Shown here: positions 1 to 10,965 of the stretch, piece after piece
How the letters are laid out: each line of letters opens with the position of its first letter
Numbering within the stretch: position 1 is the stretch's first letter
Origin: Cylindrospermopsis raciborskii Cr2010
GTDB lineage: Bacteria > Cyanobacteriota > Cyanobacteriia > Cyanobacteriales > Nostocaceae
Direction: 5' to 3'
DNA length: 32,000 nucleotides
Assembly: GCF_003367075.2 (NCBI RefSeq)
Contig: NZ_CP065936.1
Location: 2,520,001 to 2,552,000 of the forward strand
Notes under the pieces: generated by a model
The model's input: only the letters and a program-made list of their open reading frames with translations
The model's database searches: none
Told to the model about the DNA's origin: nothing
Program-made: the position numbers and the translations under genes

Positions 1-401
1 TTCTCAATTCTTCCGGATTGGCGCCAGTAGAATATACCACTTAATGGTGCTACTAAAACCAAAAAAAATGGATTCTGACTGGAAAAAAGCTGGGCTAAAA
101 CTAGTCCTAGACAAGCAAGACCTAGAGCAGCTAAAACAGTCAGAAACACAGCTAAAAACCAACTAGGTTGGACAAAGCCCTCGAAAATGACTTCCTTTTT
201 TTCTGGATCTGCGGAAACCACTCGATAAGCACGGGATTGGAAATAGTCCTTGAGTTGACCCATCAGGATGGTTTCATCGTCTTCAGAGGCTATTTTTGCT
301 TGTTCAGTGCGATCTTTGGTGGAAGCACGAATAAAGAAAAACAACCCCACAAGCAATAACAAGGTGAGGAGAAAGGTGGATGGAATGATAGCAGTATCCA
401 T
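1..401 (-). CDS. Membrane protein, N-terminal part only (gene runs off the window start); resembles cyanobacterial CCB1/DUF3529-type 'cofactor assembly of complex C subunit B' proteins
   Basis: ATG at 399-401 on the minus strand. Hand translation MDTAIIPSTFLLTLLLLVGLFFFIRASTKDRTEQAKIASEDDETILMGQLKDYFQSRAYRVV... stays open to position 1. It is absent from the ORF track because no stop lies inside the window. A TM helix is followed by a FIRASTKDRTE motif that I recall from CCB1-like proteins (recollection only). Confidence 0.5.
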   Translation of the reverse strand, partial: MDTAIIPSTFLLTLLLLVGLFFFIRASTKDRTEQAKIASEDDETILMGQLKDYFQSRAYRVVSADPEKKEVIFEGFVQPSWFLAVFLTVLAALGLACLGLVLAQLFSSQNPFFLVLVAPLSGIFYWRQSGRIE

Positions 402-581
402 GACTTTTATTTTTTTAAATGAATCCCACCTATTTATTATTAATGATTGTTGATCTATTCTGGAGTCAAACCAGTCAAGTGGGATTTTTGATAGTCACTA
501 AGAGATAAGCTACTAGATCTATTGACTTTTATAGAAGTTTCTTAAAGAGTTTATTGATCCTACTATGGGAATTATTTAAAT

Positions 582-1151
582 ATGACGAAGGACTTGGAAA
601 TGCAATCCACTAATATAAGAGCGATCGCCCAGATGTTTCGCTTAGCGGGTTGGATTAGTTTTTGGATACAACTAGTATTAGGTGTGATATCTGGGATAAT
701 AGTATTGCTATATGCCTTTTTTAGTCAGAGACCGGGTAGTCCTAATAACAATCCGGGCACGGGATTTGGCATATTTTTGGCCGTATGTGGATTAATAGTT
801 TTAGGTGCGGGTATTTATTTAGGTTACAGGTATACAAGAATTGGTAAACAACTGGACTCATCCAATCCTAGCAATCGTCCACGAAAACTAGAGAGTGTAC
901 AGGTGATTAGACTAGGCGTATGGATTAATCTAGGAGGTATTTTAGTGACTTTATTAGGTGCTCAAGCAATTGTAGGCACATTGGTTGCCCGATCAATTTC
1001 CCCCCAAGCAGTTACAACCCAGCTATTTGATCCAAATCGAGTGATTAGCGGATTGGATATGTTAGTTGTTCAAGCGAACACCAATACAATTTCAGCTCAT
1101 TTTGCAGGGCTTGTTTGTTCACTGTTTTTACTAAATCGAATCACAAGATAG
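582..1151 (+). CDS. DUF3611-family integral membrane protein (cyanobacteria/plastid lineage)
   Basis: 189-aa ORF with ATG start and four predicted hydrophobic helices. The N-terminal pattern FRLAGWISFWIQLVLGVISGIIVL is typical of DUF3611 proteins as I remember them. Contains a HIP1 site at 621-628. Confidence 0.6.
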   Translation: MTKDLEMQSTNIRAIAQMFRLAGWISFWIQLVLGVISGIIVLLYAFFSQRPGSPNNNPGTGFGIFLAVCGLIVLGAGIYLGYRYTRIGKQLDSSNPSNRPRKLESVQVIRLGVWINLGGILVTLLGAQAIVGTLVARSISPQAVTTQLFDPNRVISGLDMLVVQANTNTISAHFAGLVCSLFLLNRITR

Positions 1152-1188
1152 TTGATCGAAAATTTTTCAATCTTTTTTGGAGTGATGA

Positions 1189-2712
<1,524 letters not shown>

Positions 2713-2767
2713 TGTCAAAATACTCACAGAAATTGAAATAGGAGTAATCTTCTAACTTGTATATGGT

Positions 2768-2805
2768 CCAGAACGCTAGGGTTGATGATTAGGTAGGCGT
2801 TCTGG
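2768..2805 (-). repeat. Stem-loop element copy A, 10 nt downstream of the fdxH stop codon
   Basis: CCAGAACGC (2768-2776) pairs perfectly with GCGTTCTGG (2797-2805). TA/TAG extends the stem with a 1-nt bulge. Homologous to 16328-16380 in arms, loop core (CATCAAC in minus sense) and spacer. Confidence 0.7.
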
Positions 2806-2815
2806 TTCGCCTTAG

Positions 2816-3115
2816 CTATACAAGATTTGCTTCTTGATGGGTTTTAATTGTACAGTTAGAGCGAGGATAGGTAACACATAATAGGGCAAACTTCTTAGAT
2901 AATTGGTCATCATCTAAGAAATTTTGATCATCTTGGTTAATCTCACCTTCTATAATTTTGCCCACACAACTAGAGCAAGAACCAGCGTGACAAGAAACAG
3001 GCAATTCAATATCTGCTTCTGCTGCTGCATCAACAATTGATGTCTCTTCATCACAGTCAATTGTAGCATCTAAACCTTGCTTTTCGTTAACCAATCTGAC
3101 TTTATAGGTAGCCAT
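2816..3115 (-). CDS. fdxH: Heterocyst-type plant-like [2Fe-2S] ferredoxin
   Basis: 99 aa from the internal ATG at 3113-3115: [54 protein letters not shown]...LLCVTYP. Cys ligand pattern C-x4-C-x2-C...C. Sits after hesB as in Anabaena nif clusters. The upstream 57 codons of the track ORF overlap hesB and look non-coding. Confidence 0.92.
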   Translation of the reverse strand: MATYKVRLVNEKQGLDATIDCDEETSIVDAAAEADIELPVSCHAGSCSSCVGKIIEGEINQDDQNFLDDDQLSKKFALLCVTYPRSNCTIKTHQEANLV

Positions 3116-3255
3116 AGTCTTTCTCCTGAAAATTGAATAGAATTTGTAGTTTAGGTAGATGCTACCCAGACAAAAATGTGGAGAATGTTCACGGTTGTAA
3201 ACTGATGCGATGGAACTAGTTTCCTTATTTATTTTTTCCCAAATTCCAAATAGTT

Positions 3256-3621
3256 TTAGCTGTAAGGTACACCATTGGGTGAACAATCTCCCGATTTGAA
3301 AGACTTACCACAACCACAAGTATCGGTAGCGTTTGGATTAGAGAACTTAAAACCGCTATCCATGACTCCTTCAATAAAATCAATTTCCACCCCTTCTAAC
3401 AAGGGCGCACTTTTAGCATCAATATAAAGCAACACATTTCCCTGTTTAGTAACAATATCATCAGGTTGGGGTTGACTGGTGATTTCAATACCATATTCAT
3501 AGCCACTACAACCACCATTTTTTACAGAAATGCGTACACCTGACTGATTTTCTTGGGTAGCAGAAGTTTTTAAAAACGCCCGCAAACGAAATTCCGCCTT
3601 TTCGGTTAAAGTTATAGTCAT
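3256..3621 (-). CDS. hesB: HesB/IscA-family iron-sulfur cluster assembly protein
   Basis: 121 aa. A-type carrier pattern (GGCSGYEY ... [16 protein letters not shown]). Located between hesA and fdxH. Confidence 0.92.
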   Translation of the reverse strand: MTITLTEKAEFRLRAFLKTSATQENQSGVRISVKNGGCSGYEYGIEITSQPQPDDIVTKQGNVLLYIDAKSAPLLEGVEIDFIEGVMDSGFKFSNPNATDTCGCGKSFKSGDCSPNGVPYS

Positions 3622-3709
3622 TTTTTTTCCTATTGGCTAAGATTTAGATTGGCTGATGGTTTATTTCTCAATTCCATCATCAAGTTCATGAAGTTTTAGG
3701 AATAAATCT

Positions 3710-4489
3710 TTAAACAGATAAAGACTGAGATTGGGAATATCGCCAAGGTGCAGTGTTACCACAAACTGGACAATTACGATCCCTCTGGGAACGACGCTTA
3801 ACAAATTCCATTCTGGAAAAATTAATTGTTAGCAGTTCTGACAACAATGGTTGACTAAAACCTGTAATGAGTTTAATAGCTTCCAGAGCAGTTAAACAAG
3901 CTAAAGTTCCAGAAACAGCACCCAAAACTGAAAACCCACGTCTATCCCAATCCGGTTTTTCTGGAAACAAACAGGATAAACAGGGAGTAACACCGGGAAT
4001 AATTGTTGTTAGGTATGCTTCCATTCCATCCATAGCTGCTTCTACCATTGGTTTGCGCCAACGCACACAAGCTGCATTTAGTAAATTCCGCTCGTTGAAA
4101 TTGTGAGCACAATCCAGGGCCATATCAGCAGATTGCACTAAAGAGTCTACATTTTCTGCAGTGATATAATCATGAACTGCTTCAATTTCCACATCGGGAT
4201 TAATAGCTTCGAGTGTTTCCTTCGCCTTAAAAATTCTTGGTTTACCTACCCAATCATCGGTCATTAAAACCTGGCGATTCATGTCATCCAGACGTAAATC
4301 ACCACCACGAACTAAAATCAGACGCCCAACACCTGCTACTGCTAAATAAAGAGCTGCAGTACCACCTAATCCCCCCACACCAGTCACCAGAATCGTCGCT
4401 GATTTAAGACGATTTTGAGCTAGTTCACCGAAATTTGGCAGCATCATTTGGCGACTATACCGCTCTAATTCCTTAGGCGTTAGACTCAT
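3710..4489 (-). CDS. hesA: HesA (MoeB/ThiF-family adenylyltransferase-like protein)
   Basis: 259 aa. Rossmann GVGGLGG motif, ThiF/MoeB core, CxxC pairs (CLSC, CPVC). Classical nifW-hesA-hesB order. Confidence 0.92.
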   Translation of the reverse strand: MSLTPKELERYSRQMMLPNFGELAQNRLKSATILVTGVGGLGGTAALYLAVAGVGRLILVRGGDLRLDDMNRQVLMTDDWVGKPRIFKAKETLEAINPDVEIEAVHDYITAENVDSLVQSADMALDCAHNFNERNLLNAACVRWRKPMVEAAMDGMEAYLTTIIPGVTPCLSCLFPEKPDWDRRGFSVLGAVSGTLACLTALEAIKLITGFSQPLLSELLTINFSRMEFVKRRSQRDRNCPVCGNTAPWRYSQSQSLSV

Positions 4490-4502
4490 TAATTCATACC
4501 TC

Positions 4503-4820
4503 CTAATCAGATATAATGTCTGTTAAAGTAACTACATTTTTCGGTTTATCATTGAACACCTTGAACAGTTTTTGTTCATGGGGTGTGGATTCCATAAAAA
4601 CTTGATATGCTTGTTGCAGTGCTGTACTATATTTCTCCAATCTTTCTGAATCACTTAAATTGGGATATTCTTGATTAATTTCATACATAAATTGAGAAAA
4701 CTTCTTCAAAATATGTAGACGATTAACATTAACAAAGTGTTGATCGTAAGCCAGATTAAAAAATTGAAAATATGCCTCCGCATCCACAATTTGTTTAAAT
4801 TCTTCCATAGTTCTATTCAT
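4503..4820 (-). CDS. nifW: Nitrogenase-stabilizing/protective protein NifW
   Basis: 105 aa. The NifW-type N terminus (FKQIVDAEAYFQFFNLAYDQHFVNVNRLHILKKF) is highly characteristic. The start codon overlaps the stop of the upstream gene by 1 nt. Confidence 0.93.
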   Translation of the reverse strand: MNRTMEEFKQIVDAEAYFQFFNLAYDQHFVNVNRLHILKKFSQFMYEINQEYPNLSDSERLEKYSTALQQAYQVFMESTPHEQKLFKVFNDKPKNVVTLTDIISD

Positions 4821-5017
4821 TAACTTGTCTCCATAGTTTTTAGTTGTTGTTTTAGCCGATCTAATTCTTTGTATATTTCATAGGTTTCAGCTGCAACAGT
4901 CATCAATTTTTCGTAATCTGTTGGCAGTCCTTCCGCTAAATCATGCAGATCCATTTTCATTTGACCTGCTTTACTATTTAGCCTTTTGATTGTATTTCTT
5001 AGATCTTCAATTGTCAT
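4820..5017 (-). CDS. Small nif-associated protein, DUF683 / CCE_0567-family
   Basis: 65-aa helical protein (LHDLAEGLPTDYEKLMTVAAETYEIYKELDRLKQQL). Holds the conserved position between the DUF269 gene and nifW seen in cyanobacterial nif clusters. Confidence 0.85.
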   Translation of the reverse strand: MTIEDLRNTIKRLNSKAGQMKMDLHDLAEGLPTDYEKLMTVAAETYEIYKELDRLKQQLKTMETS

Positions 5018-5086
5018 TGCAATAGATGATGAGTAATTAGTAGACTGAGCATAGGTAGTTATGGAAAAGTTATTGAGAATCTCAAA

Positions 5087-5551
5087 CTACAAGTTACCAA
5101 CTTGTGGAAAACGTTGAGCTAAATCAATTCCTTTTTGGACAAAGTTTTGCCCCTCTTCATTTAACTTTTCCAGAGATTCAAATCCAAAACGATGGGCATC
5201 TCGTAAAGTTTTGATAGCCAACAATAGTCGCCCAGAAAAAACTAGCGCCCAACCAAAACCCTCATGACCTAATTGAATCACCACATTAGAAATCATACCA
5301 GTTTCTTGCTCAATACTAGCAGCTACAGCTCGAAAAAAGGCATTAATTCGAGCAATAGTTGCCGGATCGATTTCTCCTTCTACAGAGATTTGTTTTTTGT
5401 TCTGCTTGGTCACAACAAAGGGTTTGAGAATTAATTCATCAGACCAATTTCGATAAAAACCATAGCTATCACTAGCTCTGATCTGTTGTACCAAAGTTTT
5501 TAAAAACGGGGAGACTGTACCATTTCCGTTCACACTATTATTTTGACTCAT
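5087..5551 (-). CDS. NifX-associated nitrogen fixation protein (DUF269)
   Basis: 154 aa. Conserved position immediately after nifX, with a 4-nt ATGA overlap. Sequence pattern (WSDELILKPFVVTKQ...HEGFGWALVFSGRLLL) fits the DUF269 family. Confidence 0.88.
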   Translation of the reverse strand: MSQNNSVNGNGTVSPFLKTLVQQIRASDSYGFYRNWSDELILKPFVVTKQNKKQISVEGEIDPATIARINAFFRAVAASIEQETGMISNVVIQLGHEGFGWALVFSGRLLLAIKTLRDAHRFGFESLEKLNEEGQNFVQKGIDLAQRFPQVGNL

Positions 5552-5967
5552 ATTGCAGCTTCGTTTTCTACTTCCTCTAAAAAATTAGATTTCTTTTGAC
5601 CTAGAGCCTTCCGTAACCAAGGTGGAGGATTCCCTTTTAAGGTTTGCACTAGTTTATTTAAGATTTCGGCAATTTCTTCCTCTTCAGATTTGGCTTTTAC
5701 CGGAGTCACACCATGTTTAATTAGTTTAGCGGCCGCACTACCACCAATTGCCAGAACATAAACTATAGTACAGTCATGTAAGGCCTCAAGTTTAGGGGTA
5801 ATTTTATCCTCATTGCCATCTTCCTTTAACTCACCATCAAACCTGAGAGTCTCCCTAAATTCATAGCCTTGATCGGAAATTTCATAAACATCAATTTCCT
5901 TAGCCCATCCAAAATGGGCATTGACGTGAATTCTATCACTGGTCGTAAATGCAATTTTCACTTTCAT
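5548..5967 (-). CDS. nifX: Nitrogen fixation protein NifX (FeMo-cofactor carrier)
   Basis: 139 aa. Dinitrogenase iron-molybdenum cofactor domain pattern (KIAFTTSDRIHVNAHFGWAKEIDVYEI...LAIGGSAAAKLIKHGV). Follows nifN. Confidence 0.93.
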   Translation of the reverse strand: MKVKIAFTTSDRIHVNAHFGWAKEIDVYEISDQGYEFRETLRFDGELKEDGNEDKITPKLEALHDCTIVYVLAIGGSAAAKLIKHGVTPVKAKSEEEEIAEILNKLVQTLKGNPPPWLRKALGQKKSNFLEEVENEAAI

Positions 5968-6001
5968 TTGTCCTTTATAACTAACAACTTGAGAATTTGA
6001 T

Positions 6002-7333
6002 TTATCCCCTATTCATTACATGTTGCCATTGTTGCATCATTAATGACTCTTCATGTTCTATAAACAGGTTGCCAATGGCAAACAGAACTTCCATAGTTCC
6101 TCGATAACCAACCTTGGTAAATAATCCATTTCCCAATCTGTCATAAATTGGTATTCCTAAACGATAAAGGGGAATACTCAGACGTTTGGCAATGGTATTT
6201 ACATTAGAGTTGCCAATCAATAAATCAGATCCAACTGCTATATCTGCCAAATCTTCCAAATCCCCAATGGTGACACTTTTAATGGGTAAAATATCTAATA
6301 AGGGGGATTTAGTGGTGCTCACAGCTCCATGAATACAAGCACCCATAGACTGTAAAAACCTAATCATAGACCACATTAAATCTGGCTCTAATGCTAAAGA
6401 AATTCGTTTGGCACCTAAATAAAAATGAGTGTCTAACATCCCATCTTGTAATTGACGACGTTGACGACTATATTTTTCCGGAACCGGATTTCCACTTAAT
6501 ACCGACAAAGCTTGCAAAAATTCATCCACCGGTTCTAAACCTGTTAAATCTCGAAAGACCTCATAATCGGTATTAAATCTTTCTTGAAGAATTTTTGCTG
6601 CCCCGCGCATACTTTCACCCAATGCAATAGTAAAAGCTGAACTACCCACAGCACGCAGTTCTGGGAGAGTAGTCCCACTCACTGTTACCGCACGATAATC
6701 ATCTTCCAGATGACCGTCTAGAGAAGCACCTAAATTGGGTACAAAAATAGGTTCTAATCCAAAGGATTTGACCATTTCTTCAATTTCTTGAATGTCCCCA
6801 GGAGTAAAAGCAGAACCGGCCAAAATGGTAATTTGCTCTGTTTTTACCCCTCCAGCTTTAGGTATTTGCTGGACAATACTTTCCACAGCAACTGCAAAAC
6901 CATCTTGTAATGCACCTTTAAAATCAGGAGTAGGGGCAAAAATAATTGGTAAATGGTCTAATTCAGGATGACGTTTTCTAATTTCCTTCAAAAAACGTTC
7001 AATATCATCCCCCCTAGTTTCTGTTAATCCAGTGGTACATAATCCAATAATTTCCGGTTTAGCTTTTTCCACCAGAGTTAAAATTGCTTGTTCCACATTT
7101 TCCTCTCCCCCCAAAATGGTGGTGACTTCTGTCATAGCTGTGGTAGCTAAGGGAATTGCTTCCCGAAAATGTCGTACTAATACAACCTTAGCAAAAGCTG
7201 TACAACCTTGGGAACCATGAAATAAAGGCATTGTTCCTTTCAATCCCAGAAAAGCCAAAGCAGCTCCCAAGGCTTGACTTTGTTTTAGGGGATTAACCGA
7301 AACTGGTTTATTAGGAATAGTGACTATTGCCAT
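6002..7333 (-). CDS. nifN: Nitrogenase FeMo-cofactor biosynthesis scaffold subunit NifN
   Basis: 443 aa. NifK-like oxidoreductase fold (PLFHGSQGCTAFAKV...). Immediately downstream of nifE. Confidence 0.97.
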   Translation of the reverse strand: MAIVTIPNKPVSVNPLKQSQALGAALAFLGLKGTMPLFHGSQGCTAFAKVVLVRHFREAIPLATTAMTEVTTILGGEENVEQAILTLVEKAKPEIIGLCTTGLTETRGDDIERFLKEIRKRHPELDHLPIIFAPTPDFKGALQDGFAVAVESIVQQIPKAGGVKTEQITILAGSAFTPGDIQEIEEMVKSFGLEPIFVPNLGASLDGHLEDDYRAVTVSGTTLPELRAVGSSAFTIALGESMRGAAKILQERFNTDYEVFRDLTGLEPVDEFLQALSVLSGNPVPEKYSRQRRQLQDGMLDTHFYLGAKRISLALEPDLMWSMIRFLQSMGACIHGAVSTTKSPLLDILPIKSVTIGDLEDLADIAVGSDLLIGNSNVNTIAKRLSIPLYRLGIPIYDRLGNGLFTKVGYRGTMEVLFAIGNLFIEHEESLMMQQWQHVMNRG

Positions 7334-7351
7334 AAATGTAATCTTTAATAA

Positions 7352-8734
7352 TTAAAATGTTTCCCCATTATCCCATGGTGCTGGTTTGCGAATTTGTTCC
7401 CAGATGGGACTATATAAAGCTTCGTACAATTCTCTGGCCATTTCCACCATTCCCATATAACCAGCATAGGGATGATGACGCTCTTGATTAATATCTAAAA
7501 AGGGAATTCTTGCTTTTAATGCTGTGTACTGATTTCTGCCACCAGCTATTAACATATCGGCTTTTGTATCCCTCACTAATTTTAATAATTCCTGGGCATT
7601 ACCTTTTTCTAACATAATGCCATCATTGCCTAGTAATTTCTTGATTTTAGCCTTATCCTCTTCCGTACTTTTTCTAGTACTTGTTGCCACTACTTCTATC
7701 CCTAAATCTTTAGCAGCAGAAATAATTGACCAACTTTTTACTCCCCCAGTATATAGTACCACTCGTTTACCCTTTAGTCTTTCTCTATAAGGTGCTAGAG
7801 CAATATCTAAAGCAGCAGTTTCTTCAGCAATTAATTTCTTAGTCCGTGCTTGTAATTCCCCATCTCCTAATTTAGCCGCCACATTTATTAGACAATGATT
7901 AATATCATCTATCCCATAAAATGACTCTTCAATATAGGGAATACCATAGCGTTCCTCCATTTTCCGCGCCATATTTAATAATGCCCGCGAGCAGATCATC
8001 ACATTTAACTTAGCTCGATGAGCGTATGTAATTTCTTGATAACGAGCATCACCAGTAATTTTGGCAAGGACTCGAATCCCCAATTTCTCAAATAAGGGCA
8101 AAACACCCCACATTTCTCCCGCAATATTGTACTCACCAATCAAATTAATATCATATGGTGTGGTATGTTCTGGTTCACCAGTTCCCACCACATATTCCAA
8201 TAAAGATTCACCTGCAAATCGATTTCCCAAATTTTTACTGCCAATAAATCCAGGAGAAATTACGGGAATCACTGGAATGCCAATTTTTTCAGCTGCTACT
8301 TTACATACTGCTTCCATATCATCGCCAATCAAAGCAGTTACACAGGTAGCGTAAACAAATACAGCTGATGGTTGATAACGTTTGTGAATTTCTAGAATGG
8401 CTTGATATAATTTTTTCTCACCTCCAAAAATTACATCATTTTCTGTTAAGTCAGTGGTGAAACCGGTCTTATACAGCATTGGTCCAGAAGACAAACTACC
8501 TCGACTCCCCCAGGAATTTCCCGCGCACGCAATTGGACCATGGACTAAATGTGCTGCATCAGTGATGGGCACTAAGGCTATCATTGCACCATCAAAAGCA
8601 CAACCACCTTGAGCAGCACCGGGTTGAGCTTGTTGGGTGCAGGATTTATTTTTCTTTTGTGCTTGCTTTTTTTGATTATGTTCACACCCTGATTCATTCA
8701 GCAGTTCGTTAATTTTGCCTTGGGTCATTTTCAT
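7352..8734 (-). CDS. nifE: Nitrogenase FeMo-cofactor biosynthesis scaffold subunit NifE
   Basis: 460 aa. NifD-like fold with conserved Cys motifs ([27 protein letters not shown]). Confidence 0.97.
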   Translation of the reverse strand: MKMTQGKINELLNESGCEHNQKKQAQKKNKSCTQQAQPGAAQGGCAFDGAMIALVPITDAAHLVHGPIACAGNSWGSRGSLSSGPMLYKTGFTTDLTENDVIFGGEKKLYQAILEIHKRYQPSAVFVYATCVTALIGDDMEAVCKVAAEKIGIPVIPVISPGFIGSKNLGNRFAGESLLEYVVGTGEPEHTTPYDINLIGEYNIAGEMWGVLPLFEKLGIRVLAKITGDARYQEITYAHRAKLNVMICSRALLNMARKMEERYGIPYIEESFYGIDDINHCLINVAAKLGDGELQARTKKLIAEETAALDIALAPYRERLKGKRVVLYTGGVKSWSIISAAKDLGIEVVATSTRKSTEEDKAKIKKLLGNDGIMLEKGNAQELLKLVRDTKADMLIAGGRNQYTALKARIPFLDINQERHHPYAGYMGMVEMARELYEALYSPIWEQIRKPAPWDNGETF

Positions 8735-8978
8735 ATTGATGTCTCGCTTTATGTCTGGTCTTGACAGTTTTTATAATTCAGTTACTTTCCAAAACTTCAA
8801 GGTTGGAAATATCTATAGACTTACTGCAAAATTCCTCTTCACATTAGATTCACACATTTCAATTCTCAAAAAAAGATATCTATTTATCCGTAACTGAATT
8901 TTTATAACAGCAATTCTTGATAATTTCGGTACTGGAGAATTTTTCCGTTGGTTTAATACCAGGTGATTCATTGAAATA

Positions 8979-9004
8979 GGGAATTGGGTTAATACCCAAT
9001 CCCC
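8979..9004 (-). other. Strong RNA hairpin in the nifK-nifE spacer
   Basis: GGGAATTGGGT (8979-8989) / ACCCAATCCCC (8994-9004), 4-nt loop. The single non-Watson-Crick position is a G-U wobble only when read as minus-sense (nif mRNA sense) RNA. Confidence 0.6.
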
Positions 9005-9086
9005 ATCCGATACTAACTTAGGGATTAGTGGCCTCAAGATGATGCTTGACAACTAAGTAGGTGGGTGGAATTAAACATGAACGTAG

Positions 9087-9111
9087 GTTGGGTTGAGGAA
9101 CGAAACCCAAC
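9087..9111 (-). repeat. Hairpin belonging to a Nostocales-type short dispersed repeat (GTAGGTTGGGTT...AACCCAAC family)
   Basis: GTTGGGTT (9087-9094) / AACCCAAC (9104-9111), 9-nt loop, preceded by GTAG. Resembles the widespread Nostoc/Anabaena intergenic repeat that gives spurious VGWVE... peptides (recollection). Confidence 0.55.
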
Positions 9112-9117
9112 GCCCCC

Positions 9118-9142
9118 ATGGGTTACCCTACCACTAACCCAT
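9118..9142 (-). other. RNA hairpin 41 nt downstream of the nifK stop
   Basis: ATGGGTTA (9118-9125) / TAACCCAT (9135-9142), perfect 8-bp stem, 9-nt loop. Confidence 0.55.
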
Positions 9143-9182
9143 CCTACAAATAATTGTGCCTCCCTACTTAACCGTTATTTGT

Positions 9183-10718
9183 CTAGCGAATTAAGTCGTA
9201 AGAAATATCTGTCTTACCAGGAACATTGGTATTGCGGTCAATTTCTTCAAAGATAGTGTTAACAATCCAGCTCAACAAGTTAATAACACCCTTGTAACCA
9301 ACGGTTGCATAACGGTGGTAGTGGTGACGATCCATGATGGGATAACCAATTCTAACTAAAGGTACACCACAATCACGCCACAAATACTTACCGTAGGAGT
9401 TACCAATTAATAGGTCTACGGGTTCAGTAAACAATAGGGAACGTAAGTGCCATAAGTCCTTACCACCCCAGATTTTAGCTTCTTTACCGAATTCACTAGA
9501 ATCTAGAAGACCTCTCAATTCTTTCTCAAATACTTCATTAGTGTTGTGAACCAAAATGTGTACAGGTTCAGCACCCATTTCTAGCATGAACCCAACAACA
9601 CTATACACTAAGTCAGGATCACCGTAGATAGCAAAACGCTTACCATGTACCCACGCATGGGAGTCAGTCATAGCGTCAACTGCACGACCACGTTCTACTT
9701 CTAATTCAGCAGGAATTGCTTTACCAGTTAACTCGCTGAGTTTCATCAAGAATTCGTCTGTACCCTTAATACCCCAAGGACGAGAAACTTCAACTTTTTG
9801 ACCCCATTCCTTAGCGATGTAGTCGCGGGTTTTGCTGGTGGAGTAAGCTTGGAGAGCAACAGTAGCTTTAGCGTTGATGGAGTCCGCTGCGTCTTCTAGT
9901 TTTGTGCCACCTGGGTACATGTTAAATTCACCATCGTTAGGTGAGTCAACATAATCACTGTTGTCAGATAACAGGGTGTAGTTAATACCCATTAGGTCAG
10001 CTATACGCTTCACTTCACGGTTGTTTTCTACATAAGTGTCGAAACCGGGGATGAAGTTGATTTTACCATTACTGGTGGCTTTCTTTTTACCTGCTGTTAG
10101 GTTAGAAAGAATACCCTTCATCATGTTGTCATAACCGGTGATGTGGGATCCTACAAAACTAGGTGTGTGTGCAAAAGGTACGGGTAAATCCTGGGGTACA
10201 GAACCAGCATTCTTAGCATTGGTGATAAATGCACCCAGGTCATCACCGATAACTTCCGCCATACAGGTGGTGCAAACTGCAATCATTTTAGGTTTGTAAA
10301 GTGTGTATGCATTTGCTAAACCATCAATCATGTTTTGCAGACCACCGAAAACCGCAGCGTCTTCAGTCATGGAAGAAGAAACGCCAGAAAATGGTTCTTT
10401 ATAGTGACGGGTTAAGTGTGTACGGAAATAAGCAACGCAACCTTGAGAACCTTGAACGAAGGGAAGAGTGCCTTCAAAACCCACCGCAGCGAACATAGCA
10501 CCCAAAGGTTGGCAACCTTTAGCAGGGTTAATGGTTAAAGCTTCACGAGCGAAGTTCTTTTCACGATATTCCCAGGTCTTTGTCCATTCTGCAACCCGTT
10601 GAACTTCTTCAGGGGTGTGACCATTTTCAAATTCTTTCTTGTTTTGGAACAGTTGTTGGTATTCTGGTTGGTGGAATAGTTCAACGTGATCCTTGATTTT
10701 TTCCGGATTCTGAGGCAT
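9183..10718 (-). CDS. nifK: Nitrogenase molybdenum-iron protein beta chain NifK
   Basis: 511 aa. Characteristic NifK sequence ([32 protein letters not shown]; [12 protein letters not shown]; [15 protein letters not shown]). Confidence 0.99.
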   Translation of the reverse strand: MPQNPEKIKDHVELFHQPEYQQLFQNKKEFENGHTPEEVQRVAEWTKTWEYREKNFAREALTINPAKGCQPLGAMFAAVGFEGTLPFVQGSQGCVAYFRTHLTRHYKEPFSGVSSSMTEDAAVFGGLQNMIDGLANAYTLYKPKMIAVCTTCMAEVIGDDLGAFITNAKNAGSVPQDLPVPFAHTPSFVGSHITGYDNMMKGILSNLTAGKKKATSNGKINFIPGFDTYVENNREVKRIADLMGINYTLLSDNSDYVDSPNDGEFNMYPGGTKLEDAADSINAKATVALQAYSTSKTRDYIAKEWGQKVEVSRPWGIKGTDEFLMKLSELTGKAIPAELEVERGRAVDAMTDSHAWVHGKRFAIYGDPDLVYSVVGFMLEMGAEPVHILVHNTNEVFEKELRGLLDSSEFGKEAKIWGGKDLWHLRSLLFTEPVDLLIGNSYGKYLWRDCGVPLVRIGYPIMDRHHYHRYATVGYKGVINLLSWIVNTIFEEIDRNTNVPGKTDISYDLIR

Positions 10719-10810
10719 TTCTAGTTCTCCAAGATTGCTGTATATGTTGTGTTTCTGTGGCGATATCAGTTAATTGCCCCTTTTTAAGTAGGGGGTCAGA
10801 AATGTTGCCC

Positions 10811-10867
10811 AAAATTCAGAATGGAAAATTCAAACTTGAGAACTTTTAATTTTGAATCTTGAATTTC
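10811..10867 (-). repeat. Nested direct/inverted AAAATTCA repeats (imperfect hairpin) in the nifD-nifK spacer
   Basis: AAAATTCA at 10811-10818 and 10825-10832. Near-complements at 10853-10860 (TGAATCTT, 6/8) and 10860-10867 (TGAATTTC, 7/8). Confidence 0.4.
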
Positions 10868-10965
10868 TCACCCCCACTTTGCCCATATTTTCACTTATAT
10901 TGGTCAGTGCTTATAGGATACTGTTTAGTATTTATGGGGGCAATTTACCCTGATATTTTCTTTGC

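Noticed and set aside
168-453. Two plus-strand ORFs (168..359, 268..453) at the window start
   Set aside because: They are antisense to a better-supported minus-strand membrane-protein gene (1..401) and show no recognisable features.
3116-3286. N-terminal 57-codon extension of the fdxH ORF in the track (ORF 2816..3286)
   Set aside because: The extension overlaps the hesB 3' end and has no ferredoxin-like sequence. MATYKV... from the ATG at 3115 gives the canonical 99-aa FdxH.
8813-9052. 79-aa minus-strand ORF in the nifK-nifE spacer
   Set aside because: The sequence looks unnatural, it runs through the 8979-9004 hairpin, and I recognise no family motif. In particular it lacks the CPFER-type motif of the Mo-nitrogenase C-terminal-domain proteins sometimes found in nif regions. 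Treated as non-coding.
9065-9256. 63-aa plus-strand ORF (MELNMNVGWVEERNPT...)
   Set aside because: It is a translation of the dispersed hairpin repeat and then runs antisense into the nifK 3' end. This is a typical spurious repeat-derived ORF.
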